The notes under the pieces were generated by a model. It made no database searches, had not been told where the DNA came from, and saw only the letters and a program-made list of their open reading frames with translations. Position numbers and translations under genes: made by a program. DNA of 64,000 nt from Octopus vulgaris (lineage: Eukaryota), in contig OX597816.1 of assembly GCA_951406725.2 (NCBI GenBank), positions 164,362,001-164,426,000 of the forward strand. Direction: 5' to 3'. Positions 52,546-64,000 of the stretch are shown one piece after another. The first letter of the stretch is position 1. Each line of letters starts with the position of its first letter.

Positions 52546-52653
52546 ATATAATTCAACCAGCAACTGGAAACATTGGTGGTCGTGGTATACAGCCTTTAAA
52601 ACCAGCTCGGAAACTGGGACAGATGCCTTCAACAGAATCTCCAATTTCTAGAG
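52546..52653 (+). CDS. TNRC18: coding exon 16 (DIIQPATGNIGG...SPISR)
   Basis: cttag| acceptor, G|gtaaga donor, phase 1/1. Confidence 0.82.
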
Positions 52654-53075
52654 GTAAGATCTAACTCTAATATATGCATTCATCATTATTTGTTGTCTCC
52701 TTTTCCATGCAGTCATGGGTTGGATGAACTCACTTGAATGCAATGGATAATTGTCATGGAAGCAATGATGACATCAATATTTTTCAACATTTAAACTGAA
52801 TTATTAGGTTAAAAAAAATTCTTGGTGTGATCACATTTGTTGAAACAGATTTGGCTGCATCTTGGGTGGGTTATTATGCCAATAACAAACACACTCACTG
52901 GTTCTATTTCACTTCTTTTATTATTAATCATTTGGTTAACTATTTATCCAATTAACTACTCATTTGGTCAGTCAATCAATGAGCTAGCTTTGTCATAGTC
53001 ATTTCATTGCCATTTTAAAAATCTTTTCTTTATCTCCACATTTCATTTCTTTATCATTTTGTTCTTCTATTCTAG

Positions 53076-53177
53076 TGGATGCTTGGTCTTTCAACGATGA
53101 CTCACAAAGTCTTACATCCCTCAGGAAAAAAGCCCCTAAATTGCCAGCTAAAAACCAGAAAGGATTCATTTGTGCAG
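53076..53177 (+). CDS. TNRC18: coding exon 17 (VDAWSFNDDSQSL...GFICA)
   Basis: Long pyrimidine tract with ctag| acceptor, G|gtatat donor, phase 1/1. Confidence 0.78.
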
Positions 53178-54282
53178 GTATATATATCTTCGTTAGTTTT
53201 TATCTGACATGAAACCACTTCATATGTAGTCTTTGTTGAACTGAAAGGCATTTCAAGTTTTTTGCCTCTTCTAATAAAATATAAGCGAATATGAGAGATT
53301 GTTACATGGCAACTCAACCTGCCAGAAATAATAGCCACATCACACTCTGCAAAGAAGGCAGGACACATTTCGTAATGTAATTATAGATACATTTGGCGTT
53401 AGGAGGACATCCAGCTGTAGAAACTCTGCCAGATCAAGACTGGTGCCTGGTACAGCCATCTGGTTGCCAGCCCTCAGTCAAAACCGTCCAATCCATGTTA
53501 GCATGGAAAACGGACGTTAAAGGATGATGATAATATTCATGTCTAAATTAAAGGTAGTATGTTCTTGGTTGGAATCAACATTGCCGTTTTCCTTGCAGGC
53601 ATGGCTTAGATGGTTTGATAGGAGCTGGCCAACATGCAAGAGGACTGTGCCAAGTTCCAGTGTCTGATTTGGCATGGTTTCTATGGCTGGATACTCTTCC
53701 TGATGCCAATCACTTTACAGAGGGTACTGGGTGCGTTTTATATGTCACTGGTACTAGTGAGGTCACCCAAGTACCTCACAAAACAAGGACTCTCAACTGA
53801 GGTGGGGCTGTAGCATTGAGGCAGGGGACTTTTTGTACCAGATGTTAAAGAATGATGGGACAGAAACCGGTGTCTTCCAGTAGAGAGATACATGGCCATC
53901 CCAGTTGAAAGAGGGAGATGATGGTGCTGACCCATGGCTTAACAATCACCAAGTGCATAATCCTTTTACTGTTCTCTATAGTCCGTAATCCAGAGCTCTA
54001 TTTTTATACTAATTGAAACTTTGTGGTGAATATTATAGAGTGGACATAAGCTGGTGGTGAATTTATTTGAAGGCCTAGTTTCCCTTCCTGGTTGGGCTAA
54101 TTTCACTTCATTTACACCTCAAGTGACCTTAGGAGAAGCATGTGCGTCACCACTTGTGTTTCTCTATTCCTTCCACAGATGGTTATTTTGATTCTTTTCC
54201 TATTTTATTCTTTTACTTGTTTCACTTTGTCTATGGAGACAAATGAACTAATTTTTTTCTGTATGTTCTGGTTTAATTGCAG

Positions 54283-54474
54283 ACAAAGTTCGACCGATGG
54301 GTACTGGTCTTATGGCTGCTTACTCCTCTTTAACCACTGAAGATAATAATAATGATAATAATGCTAATAATAACTCAGACTTGAATCGAGCCAAAAAGAA
54401 GAAGCGTAAATCTGAAGAAGGAATTTCAATTAAGACATCGCCAAATTCTGTTTTAGGCAGCTACGATACAAAGG
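54283..54474 (+). CDS. TNRC18: coding exon 18 (DKVRPMGTGLMAAYSS...KKKKRK...YDTK)
   Basis: ttgcag| acceptor, G|gtgagt donor, phase 1/1. Confidence 0.85.
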
Positions 54475-54972
54475 GTGAGTTGTATAATGACTGCTTTCTA
54501 TATGCATTGTATTCACTTAAATGTCATGTATGTGTGTGTGTTCAAGTGAAGGCATGTGGCTTCGTGGATAAGGCATTCAGCTCGCAATTATAAGATCAGG
54601 AGTTCAATCTTACATAATAATTATATTGTACTGAGGCAGTAACAGTGATGTGGAGTTTGATACCAACTAAAAAAAAAAGGATGGCAGGTCTCATGTCCTG
54701 ACATAAGATGGTGGTGTGTGATTTTATAGAGATTTACTTGTTACTTCTAGCAGATTGTATGTCCACATAGTGGTCCTTCATCAGCTCATAATAATGTTGG
54801 TGTTTGCAGTGGTAATGCTGTTGGGGAAGATAAATGCTGCCATGATGTTGATGATGACAACTGTTCCAATGGTTTAACCCTTTCATTACCAAATTTCTGT
54901 TGGAATTCACACTGCTCTTTTTTTTTTTTTATAATAATGAAGAATTTGGTAAAATACCATTGTCATTATAAA

Positions 54973-55190
54973 CCCTTTTGATACCAGCCCGGCTGAAATC
55001 GCCTCTGGCTCTGTAGTACAAATGTCTTTTCATAAGTTCTGAATTAAAATCTTCCACCGAGCATTAGTCACAATTTATGTTCATAACACTAACTTAATGA
55101 TGACTAAATTATTTTACTAACATATTTGTTATATTTAAAGTAATTGAAAGAAATACGGAGCATCTCAACTGAAATAAGGTAACGAAAGGG
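54973..55190 (+). mobile_element. piggyBac-like MITE nested in older related MITE debris (~54878-55795)
   Basis: CCCTTT...AAAGGG|TTAA; reverse complement of 43190-43411. Confidence 0.8.
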
Positions 55191-55849
55191 TTAAGCTGGT
55201 GTTTGGAGTATGAATTAACATGAAATTTTTATGGAAGGTTTTACATCATTTTAACCCTTCTTACTATATTTCCTAAACATACTGGTTTATTTCCACTTAT
55301 TTTCACTGAGTAAATACTAAATTTTTCATTATTTTCAAAATGGTCTCATTATAAGCTGGTGTTTGGATCTTAAATTAACATTAAATTTTGATGAAAGCTT
55401 TTAATTTCAATTACTTAAAAATCTTTTGTGTTGGAATACACTACATTTGTTTCGATTAATTTCAAAAATAATGAAAAATTTGATAAAATAATATTATCAT
55501 TATTAAGCTGGTGTTTAGAACCTTAATGACTGTGAAATTTTCATGGAAGGCTTTAATTTGGATCAGTTTGGCATTAATCCATGCCAACATCGAACATGGA
55601 CGTTAAATAATGATGGTTTCTATTAGAATACACTGCTTTATTTCGATTACTTTTCAAAATAATAAAGAATTCAGTATATAAAAATTTGTCATTATCAATC
55701 TGGTGTCTGGAACATGAAAATTTGATAAAAGGTTTTAATTTAAATCAATTTAATAGAGCAAGTTTGTATCTCAGGTGTGTTAGTATTAAAAGGGTTAATT
55801 CAATTCTAATATTTTTTTTTTATTTCTGTTGTGTTTGTTTTTAATTCAG

Positions 55850-55951
55850 ACTCTGATGGTGAAAGCTGTGATACTTCTGGACAAGGAAATAAGAAACGAA
55901 AGCCTGGAAGACCGAAACGATGCCATCAAAATAAAACATTTGGAGTCACGG
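55850..55951 (+). CDS. TNRC18: coding exon 19 (DSDGESCDTSGQGNKKRKPGRPKRCHQ...), AT-hook-like
   Basis: ttcag| acceptor, G|gtaagt donor, phase 1/1. Confidence 0.85.
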
Positions 55952-56079
55952 GTAAGTCTGGCAGAAGATGAGAGCCAAAAGCTCAGTTTCCGTTTGTAAA
56001 AACTAGTTAGATGTATATATTCGCTCATATGTTTGTTTTTTCATGCCAGCATGGGTTCAATGAATATATCATTAAGGCT

Positions 56080-56356
56080 TAATTCAAACAGGTAGAATAT
56101 TTTGGGGTTCAAACTGGTAGAATGTTTTTGGGTTCAAATTCTGCCAAGGTTGACATTACCTTTTATCCTTTCAGGGTTGAATATATCATTAAGACTTAAT
56201 TCAAACTGGTAGAATATTTTTGGGTCCAAACTAGTAGAATATTTTTGGGTCCAAACTGGTAGAATATTTTTGGGTCCAAACTGGTAGAATATTTTTGGGT
56301 CCAAACTGGTAGAATATTTTTGGGTTGAAGCAGGTAGAATATTTTTGGGTTCAAAT
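56080..56356. repeat. 25-26-bp minisatellite (ggtagaatatttttgggttcaaact)n within a SINE
   Basis: Read directly, about 8 units. Confidence 0.9.
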
Positions 56357-56685
56357 TCCGCCAAGGTTGACTTTACCTTTTATCTTTTCAGGGTTGATAA
56401 ATTAAGTTGCAGTTGTGTACTGGGGTCTATCTAATCCAATGCCCCCATTCCCTTCCCCAAAATTTCGGGCCTTGTGCCTAGAACAGAGAAGAATAATTTG
56501 GGTTAGATGTGGTCAATGTAACTACTAAAGAATACTGAGAATACCATGAACAACTGGAGATAAGATAAGGTTGCTATGCTGTCTAGAGACAAAAGTGTAT
56601 TCTGTATAAAATAAAATTAATGTTGATTCCGTCTTTTTTTTTTTTTCCTTGTGGTTTCTTTGGACTCACCTGGGAATTTCTACAG

Positions 56686-56825
56686 AAACCATTGTAGCAC
56701 GAAAGACTAAACATTTGAGTTTTGCACAGTTAAAGGAAGCTGACCAACAGCAACAGAAGCAAAAGAATGCCCTGAACTCGTCTCTTCACAAGACAAACAC
56801 AACACCAAACGAAGACAAATTCAAA
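56686..56825 (+). CDS. TNRC18: coding exon 20 (ETIVARKTKHLSF...EDKFK)
   Basis: tacag| acceptor, AAA|gtaagg donor, phase 1 to 0. Confidence 0.8.
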
Positions 56826-57387
56826 GTAAGGAACCATTATTATTATTATTATCTTTATTGTTATTATTATTATTATTATTATTATTAAGAGATTAAATTA
56901 ATATTTTGTCACAGTTGCTAGTGCAACTGTGATTAGTGTTGAGTATGTTGCTATGTTTGTTGTGGTGGTTGTTGTTGTAATGGTGATGATAGTAGAATGA
57001 TTGTTGTTTTTATAAGTGTTGTTGTTGTTGTTGTCATGTGATGTATTGCTGCCTGAGTCTGTGTTTGAGGTGTTGTAATTTAGCAGGTAGTCCCTTATAT
57101 GGGAGTTTACAAGGAATAGGGGCCAAATAATTCAAAACACAAGTTCATCTCACTCTCAAGATGACAGAATAGAAAGAAGACAAGAAAGATATGGGCTACA
57201 CCTATACTGTTATTTAATTGATAACAATAATAGACACAGGGAACAGAAAGCTCTTGGTGTTGTTTACTATTACAAATATCATTAACTCTTGTTGTTGGTA
57301 AGGCAGCGACCTGGCAGAATTCTTACCATGCTGGGCTAGATGCTTAGCTGTATTTCATCCATCTCTATGTTCTGAGTTCAAATTCTG

Positions 57388-57757
57388 ATATTTTTGGGGT
57401 CCAAACTGGTAGAATATTTTTTGGGTTCAAACAGGTAGAATATTTTTGTGTTCAAACAGGTAGAATATTTTTGGGTTCAAACTGGCAGAATATTTTTGGG
57501 TTCAAACTGGTAGAATATTTTTTGGGTTCAAACAGGTAGAATATTTTTGTGTTCAAACAGGTAGAATATTTTTGGGTTCAAACTGGTTGAATATTTTTGG
57601 GTTCAAACAGGTAGAATATTTTTTGGGTTCAAACAGATAGAATATTTTTGTGTTCAAACAGGTAGAATATTTTTCTGGTCAAACAGGTAGAATATTTTGG
57701 GGTTCAAACTGGTAGAATATTTTTGGGTCCAGACAGATAGAATATTTTGGGGTACAA
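57388..57757. repeat. Same 25-26-bp minisatellite, about 14 units, within a second SINE copy
   Basis: Read directly; the array sits at the GAGTTCAAATTC B box of the SINE spanning ~57297-57850. Confidence 0.9.
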
Positions 57758-60700
57758 ATTCCACTGAGGTCGACTTTGCCTTTCATCCTTTCAGGGTCAA
57801 TAAATTAAGTACCTGTTGTGTACTGGGGTCGATCTAATCAAATGCCCCCACCTTTTGGAGTTGATAAAAATAAGTCCCGATCGAGAACTGGGGTCAATTT
57901 AATTGACTTACCGACTTCCTTTAAAATTGCTGGCCTTGTGCCAAAATTTGAAATTAATATTGTTGTTTTTGTTGTTGTTGCTGATGGATAGTTACATAGA
58001 CTGTAGTTCATCTTTTTCTGTCAAGAGTTTGTTGTTGTTGTTGTTGTGGTATCAGTTGCAGCTGCTGCTGTTGTCATTTGCCTTCTCTCTCTCTCTCTCT
58101 CTCTTTATATATATATATACATATATACATATATATATATTTATTTATTTATTTATTTATTTATGTGTGTATGTATATGTATGTATATATCCTTCTTGGT
58201 TGGTTAATTTTGATTTTATATTTATATTATTATTATAATTATTATTATTATTAATATTAATACTCTTTTGTGTTTTGCGATCAAATTCTGTTGTGATCAA
58301 TTTGACCTTTAACCTTTTTGGATCACTAAAATAAAACATCAGTCGAAGAACGGAAGCTGACAGGTAGAATCATTAGCCCACCTGGTGAAATGCTGTATGA
58401 GATTTCTTTCAGTTCTTTTTATGTCCCGAGTTCAAATATCATGAAGGTTGATGTTGCTCTTCATCTTTTTGGGGGTCAAGGAAACTAGTGCCAGTTGAGC
58501 CCTGGGCTCACTCAATATGATTCACTAATCCCCTCATCCCAAAATTTCAGGTCTTGTGCCTATGGTAGAAAAAATTCATCATTTTCTCTTCTCTTATTTT
58601 TATGTTAATTAGGTAACAGGTATTTAATCTTGATGTTTGGTTACTACAAATCTCCTCAAACTTCAAGAATCTTCGTTAAGATACTTGCAAAATATAATAA
58701 TTATTATTTTTGTCGTTGTTCAAATTTTGCTGAGGTCGACTTTGCCTTTCATCTTTTGGGAGTCGATAAATCAAGTACCAGTTGCGTACTGGGGTCGATC
58801 TAATCGACTGCACCCCACCACCAAAAACACATACCAAATTTCGAGCCTTGTGCCTATAGTGGAAAAGATTATTGTTGTTGTTGTTGTTACCCTGTCGTGC
58901 AAAATGCTTAGCAGCATTTCGTCCACCCAGACTTTCTGAGTTCAAATCCTGCCAATGTCGATTTTTGCCCTTCACCCTTTTGGGGTCAAAAGTTGATCAC
59001 TAGGGTTGTTGTAATCATCTTGCTTCACTCCGATGAAAATGGTGGCCTTGAGTCAAAATTTCAAACTATTATTATTCTTATTGTTGTTGTTATTATCATT
59101 ATTATTATCATCATCATCATCATATTTTCTTAGCAGAAGCAACTGAGTAACTCAGGGACTGAGAGTTTCATGTGTTTGCATTTACGAAAATCTCAATCCT
59201 TAAGTCACTCTGTTGCTACTGCTAAATATTAAGAAAATATATAGTCAGGTGTGCATGTGTATACACACATGTTTATATATACATGTGTATGGATGTGTGT
59301 GTATGTATATATATATATATATATATATACACTAAAATTTTGAGTTCTATTTCTCCTGTTTGCATCATAAAGCATCATCATTGTTTAACGTCTGCTTTCC
59401 ATGCTGGCATGGGTTGGACGATTTTACTGAGGACTGGCAAACCAGATGGCTGCACCAGGCTCCAATCTTGATCTGGCAGAGTTTCTACAGCTGGATGCCC
59501 TTCCTAACGCCAACCACTCCGAGAGTGTAGTGGGTGCTTTTATGTGCCACCGGCACAAGGGCCAGTCAAGCAGTACTGGCAACAGCCATGCGCAAGTGGT
59601 GTTTTTACACGTGCCACCTGCACAGGAGCCAGTCTAGCAGCACTGGCAATGACCTCGCTCGAATGTTTTCCATGTGCCACAGACACAAGTGTCAGTAAAT
59701 CATTATTTAAGGTGACGAGCTGGCAGAATCGTTAGCATGTTGGACGAAATGCTTAGTGGTATTTCATCCTTCCTCATGTTCTGAGTTGAAACTCAGACCA
59801 CCGAGGTCGACTTTGCCTTTCACCCTTTCAGGGTCGATAAATTTAGTACCAGTCAAATACTGGGGTTGATGTGATTGACAATCATCTGCCCTCAAATCTC
59901 AGGCCTTGTGCCTATAATAGAAAGGATTATTATTATCAGTTGGTGCAGGCCTGGCTGTATGGTGAAGTAACTCACATTGCAAGCATGTCCTTTGGGTTCT
60001 GTTTCATAATGTGGCGCCTTGGGCAAATATTTTCTATAGCTCCAGGCTGACCAGTACCATGTGAGTGAATTGTGTGTGTGTTAAACCAGCTTTTGTCCCC
60101 AACTGCCAATAACTGACAGCCAGTGTTGGTTAGTCCACATCTCCATAATTTAACAGTTTGGCAAAAGACACTGATTGTGGAACTTTAGTCTATAAATGTC
60201 TCCATCATGAATAAACTGATTTGAGAACAACTTCTCGAGCATGAAACATCATGGTGACAAACGGTGTCTTGAATAATGAACACGTAAGCTGGCAACAACT
60301 GTTGATGACAAGCTGGGAATATCATTGTAAGAGCATCCGTTATTTCCTGGCTTTTGTTCAGATTTGCCATGCCTTGTCTTGAATTTCATATGAGAAAAAT
60401 AGCTTTGATTTGCGAACATTTCTGGTGATTAACAGCCTTCAGGAATGAATTAAATTCATAAATCAAGATGCTACTGTATTCTCATCATTTAATGTTCCCT
60501 TTCCATGCTTGCATGAGTCAGATGGAATTTATTGAGGCAGATTTTCTACAGGTGGGTGCCTTTCCAGTGTCCAACCTTCATATTGCTTTTTGTCTCTACT
60601 GGTTTCATATTTACGTGGTTCTCATTATTGCTGTCATGACTCTACTCGCATAACCACATTTACTTCTCATATCACATGTACCTCTTCTCTATTATCATTG

Positions 60701-63700
60701 TCATCATCATCACCATCTTCACCTTCTTCACTTTCTTCTCACTCCTCCTCATAGTATCTCATAGTATTCCTCCCTCCCTCCCTCCCTTACTTCATCTCTT
60801 TCTGTTTGTTCCTTCCCTACCTTACTCTCCCTCTCTATCCTTTAACTTTTCACCACCACCACTAAAAAATACTCTTTCCTTTTGCTTTTCTATTACTGTG
60901 CCCTACTCCCTCCACCTGCACCCTCTTATCACCCTTTATATCGTCAAACTTTGTATATTCCACATCCATATTTCACAGATGGCAACAGCTGTACTCGCAG
61001 CCATTCTGGCATCCTCATTGCCATGCCACAATTCTAAGATGCCACACCATGATTTCCAATATCTCTCCCCACTCCTCCCATACATATTTACTCCATCACC
61101 ATCAAAACAACACAATCTCATTATAAAGATCATTGTAATACTCCCCCACTCTTTCTCTCTTTCTGAACCTGTATCCATTTTCTATCTTCTAATATGAAGT
61201 ATCTTTTTTTTATATAGTTTTCTTAATTTTGGGGGATTTTTTTTTTGCAAAAATTACATGGAAAAGTAAATTTTATATTGAAAACCTCTTCCATTTTCAA
61301 CTTTATTTTTCTAACATATACATACACACACCTCTGCACTCGTGTATATATTTATATATCTTTGTCTGTGTGTGTGTTTATACTTTTAAAGAGAAAAAAA
61401 TACATACATATCCATATAAACCGACTTTGAAATAAAAGGCCTGAAATTCCATAATATACTTACTTAATAATCTGAAATAAATTCTTGCTGGCTTTCCATT
61501 CTAAGTTATTCCATATAAATTGAAGCTAAAACAAGAAAGAGAAACAAAATAATAATAATAATAATAATGATAATAATAATAATAAACAGATTACCGACCA
61601 ATATTCTTTACTTATGGATTCTTTGATTCTTTGGTAATGGTTTATTTACTTTAGAAAAGGTGAGCTTCTTTGAATGGTTTTGTAACTTAAGTTATTTTCT
61701 AAATTTGAATCAACATTTTTTTTTTCCTTTTTTAATGTATTATAAACAAAAACAAAGGCACGAACCGATAAAAACTCGACTTCATCTCAAAGAAAAGATA
61801 CTTATGTTTTAATCTTTAGTTGTTTATAAGTTTGCTTTTTTTCCTTCGTTTTATTCTGTTTCAAAAATTGAGTTTCGTTTTGTATAGTTGCTTTAGCATT
61901 TTTGTTTTAATGTTTCTTGATAATAATAATAACAATGATAATAATAATGAGGATTTGTTTAGTAATAATAAAAGGGTAGCAGCAACAGTGATAATAAATT
62001 TGAATAATACTTTAACTTCCTTTAAAAATAATTCACGGAAAATGCTATGATATACTTAACTTAAAACCTTTTAAAAAAAAATAAAGATCTGTGTGTGTGT
62101 GTATGTATGTAAATTTATATACCCTGTATACATGCATTTGTATGTATGAACATATGTGTGGGTTTGTGAATATATATTTATACATGTGTGTGTGTGTGTG
62201 TGTAAATGAATATGTAACTCCAATTGTCATCCATCAAGCATTTGAATATTAATTTGTGTGTTTGTGTATATGCTTCAATGAATGTACAAAGATTTACCTG
62301 AGTATGTGTGTGTGTGTGTGTGTTGAAATAGCCTTCAACTACAATTCTGGTTTTTTGTTGTGGTTATTATTGTATTACTGAATAGAAAACACAAGCTAGC
62401 TTTTGTTTTTGAATTTATAAAACAATCTTGTCGTTATCAAACAGAAAATATAGGAATTAGAATGAGGGAAACTAGAAATGAAGAAAAAAATCTAAACTTG
62501 CAGATTAAAAAAAAAAAACTTCTTTGATTAAAAACTTACTCTGGTCTCGAGGATATATTTCCTGTTTATTTCAAATTTTTTTTCCCCGACTACCACTTCT
62601 CTGTATTCTTGAGGCCTAATTGTGATTTGGAAGTGAGCTTCTATGAGTTTATTTAATATAGATTATACATACATCTATTGTACTCCTCCTTTATCATCTT
62701 TGTATGTTTAGATATACTTTTAAAAGTGAAATGTCTATGAGGTTATATTATAGAGTTTGAACGGGTTTGTGTGTGTTTTTGGGAGTTAATGCGTTACGGT
62801 TATTTAATATATGTGTATGTGTATAATTGTGAGGTTGTTTGTGTGTACACTGCAAGGATAAAGAGGGCTGTGTATTTAAGTGTTTGTTGATATATATTTA
62901 TATATATATATATATATATAAAGGGGTTTGTAAGATTGTGTATAGAGGGATATATATTATTCAAAGGAATTCCAACTCTGTTTTTTGTTTTATTTATATT
63001 CTTTATAATATTAATGTAGAATATAGAATATATAGTATATATAGTAAAATGAAATGAAGTATTGTCTTATTGAAAAGAAGAAATATTGAATATCAAATAT
63101 TAAGGGACTAGTATACTTTCTTGCATTTAAGCAGTCTTCAAGGTCCCAGGTTGTGACAGGAATGTTTCAACTGTATGTGTGTGTGTGTGTGTATATATAT
63201 ATATACATAAATACGATCCAGGGATCTGAGTGTTGAAAGTTTGTAGGCTTTAAGTAGTATGTGACTGCTATAGAGAGCAAAAGGTGGACAGTGTATGATA
63301 AGATGCAATAATAATTTATTGGCATTGAGAATTATACACTGTTTCCAATACTGAACAATTGCATCATGAACTTCAGCTAGTTAAGAAACACATGTAGTGT
63401 GCATTTTACCTGTTCCACTCTTACAATTTGAATTTATATATATATGTAGTAATAACAAGAAATTTTGGATCCAAAAGTTCTTATTATATTCGTTCTACAC
63501 TCTTATGACACCACACTAATAACATTCCTGTAAATTTACTCCTTCGAATGGGAATATGAGGTGGCCAGAATAAATAGCATAGATTTTATGAGCACATCCA
63601 AAAATGTTTGACATAAATGGATTTAAAGATTATATATATAGTAAGTGAATTAGGATATACATTCTAGATATTTAACTCCTAGATATTTCACAGATCTGAA

Positions 63701-64000
63701 ATTTGAAAGGTTGAAAAGTCTCTTGAGACACCACAGCTCCAATAATCTAAAAATAAAAATGTATCCATTGAGTATATATAATAATAAAAAAACATCAAAG
63801 AATGGAGTTAGCAAACTGTGTTTAATGCTTCGTTTACAATTGTTTCGTCGGTTTCCATTATAACCAATTTTGCATCATGTCATTAGTATATCAATGATTA
63901 CTGAATGTTTTGGCAAAATGATTGGTAACAGGTGAGGCAGACAACCTGTTTAGTGCTTGAGCCATTACTAAATGCACCCAGTACACTTTGTAGAATGGTC

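Overview
AT-rich eukaryotic genomic DNA, most likely from Octopus (coleoid cephalopod), judged from very dense (TA)n/(CA)n microsatellites and tRNA-derived SINEs resembling the octopus OK/OR1/OR2 families. Bases ~1-30 kb are intergenic or 5' sequence packed with SINEs, MITEs, non-autonomous Helitrons, decayed LINE ends and Penelope-like foldback fragments. From 30.5 to at least 56.8 kb the + strand carries a large spliced gene. I could chain 20 coding exons (~2800 aa) with consistent GT-AG phases. It encodes a low-complexity TNRC18/BAHCC1 (winged-eye)-like chromatin protein whose Tudor/BAH C-terminus is not in the window. One 1-nt frameshift lies inside exon 11. Main observations: (1) three unrelated repeats each contain a minimal type-I hammerhead-ribozyme fold, with the three co-varying forms of the core 3:8 pair (C:G, G:C, U:A); (2) one of these sits at the 3' end of a tRNA-Ser-headed SINE; (3) repeats switch from CpG-intact to CpG-decayed at ~28.7 kb, consistent with gene-body methylation. 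Most ORFs in the supplied track are microsatellite or repeat artefacts. All family assignments are from recall, not database searches.
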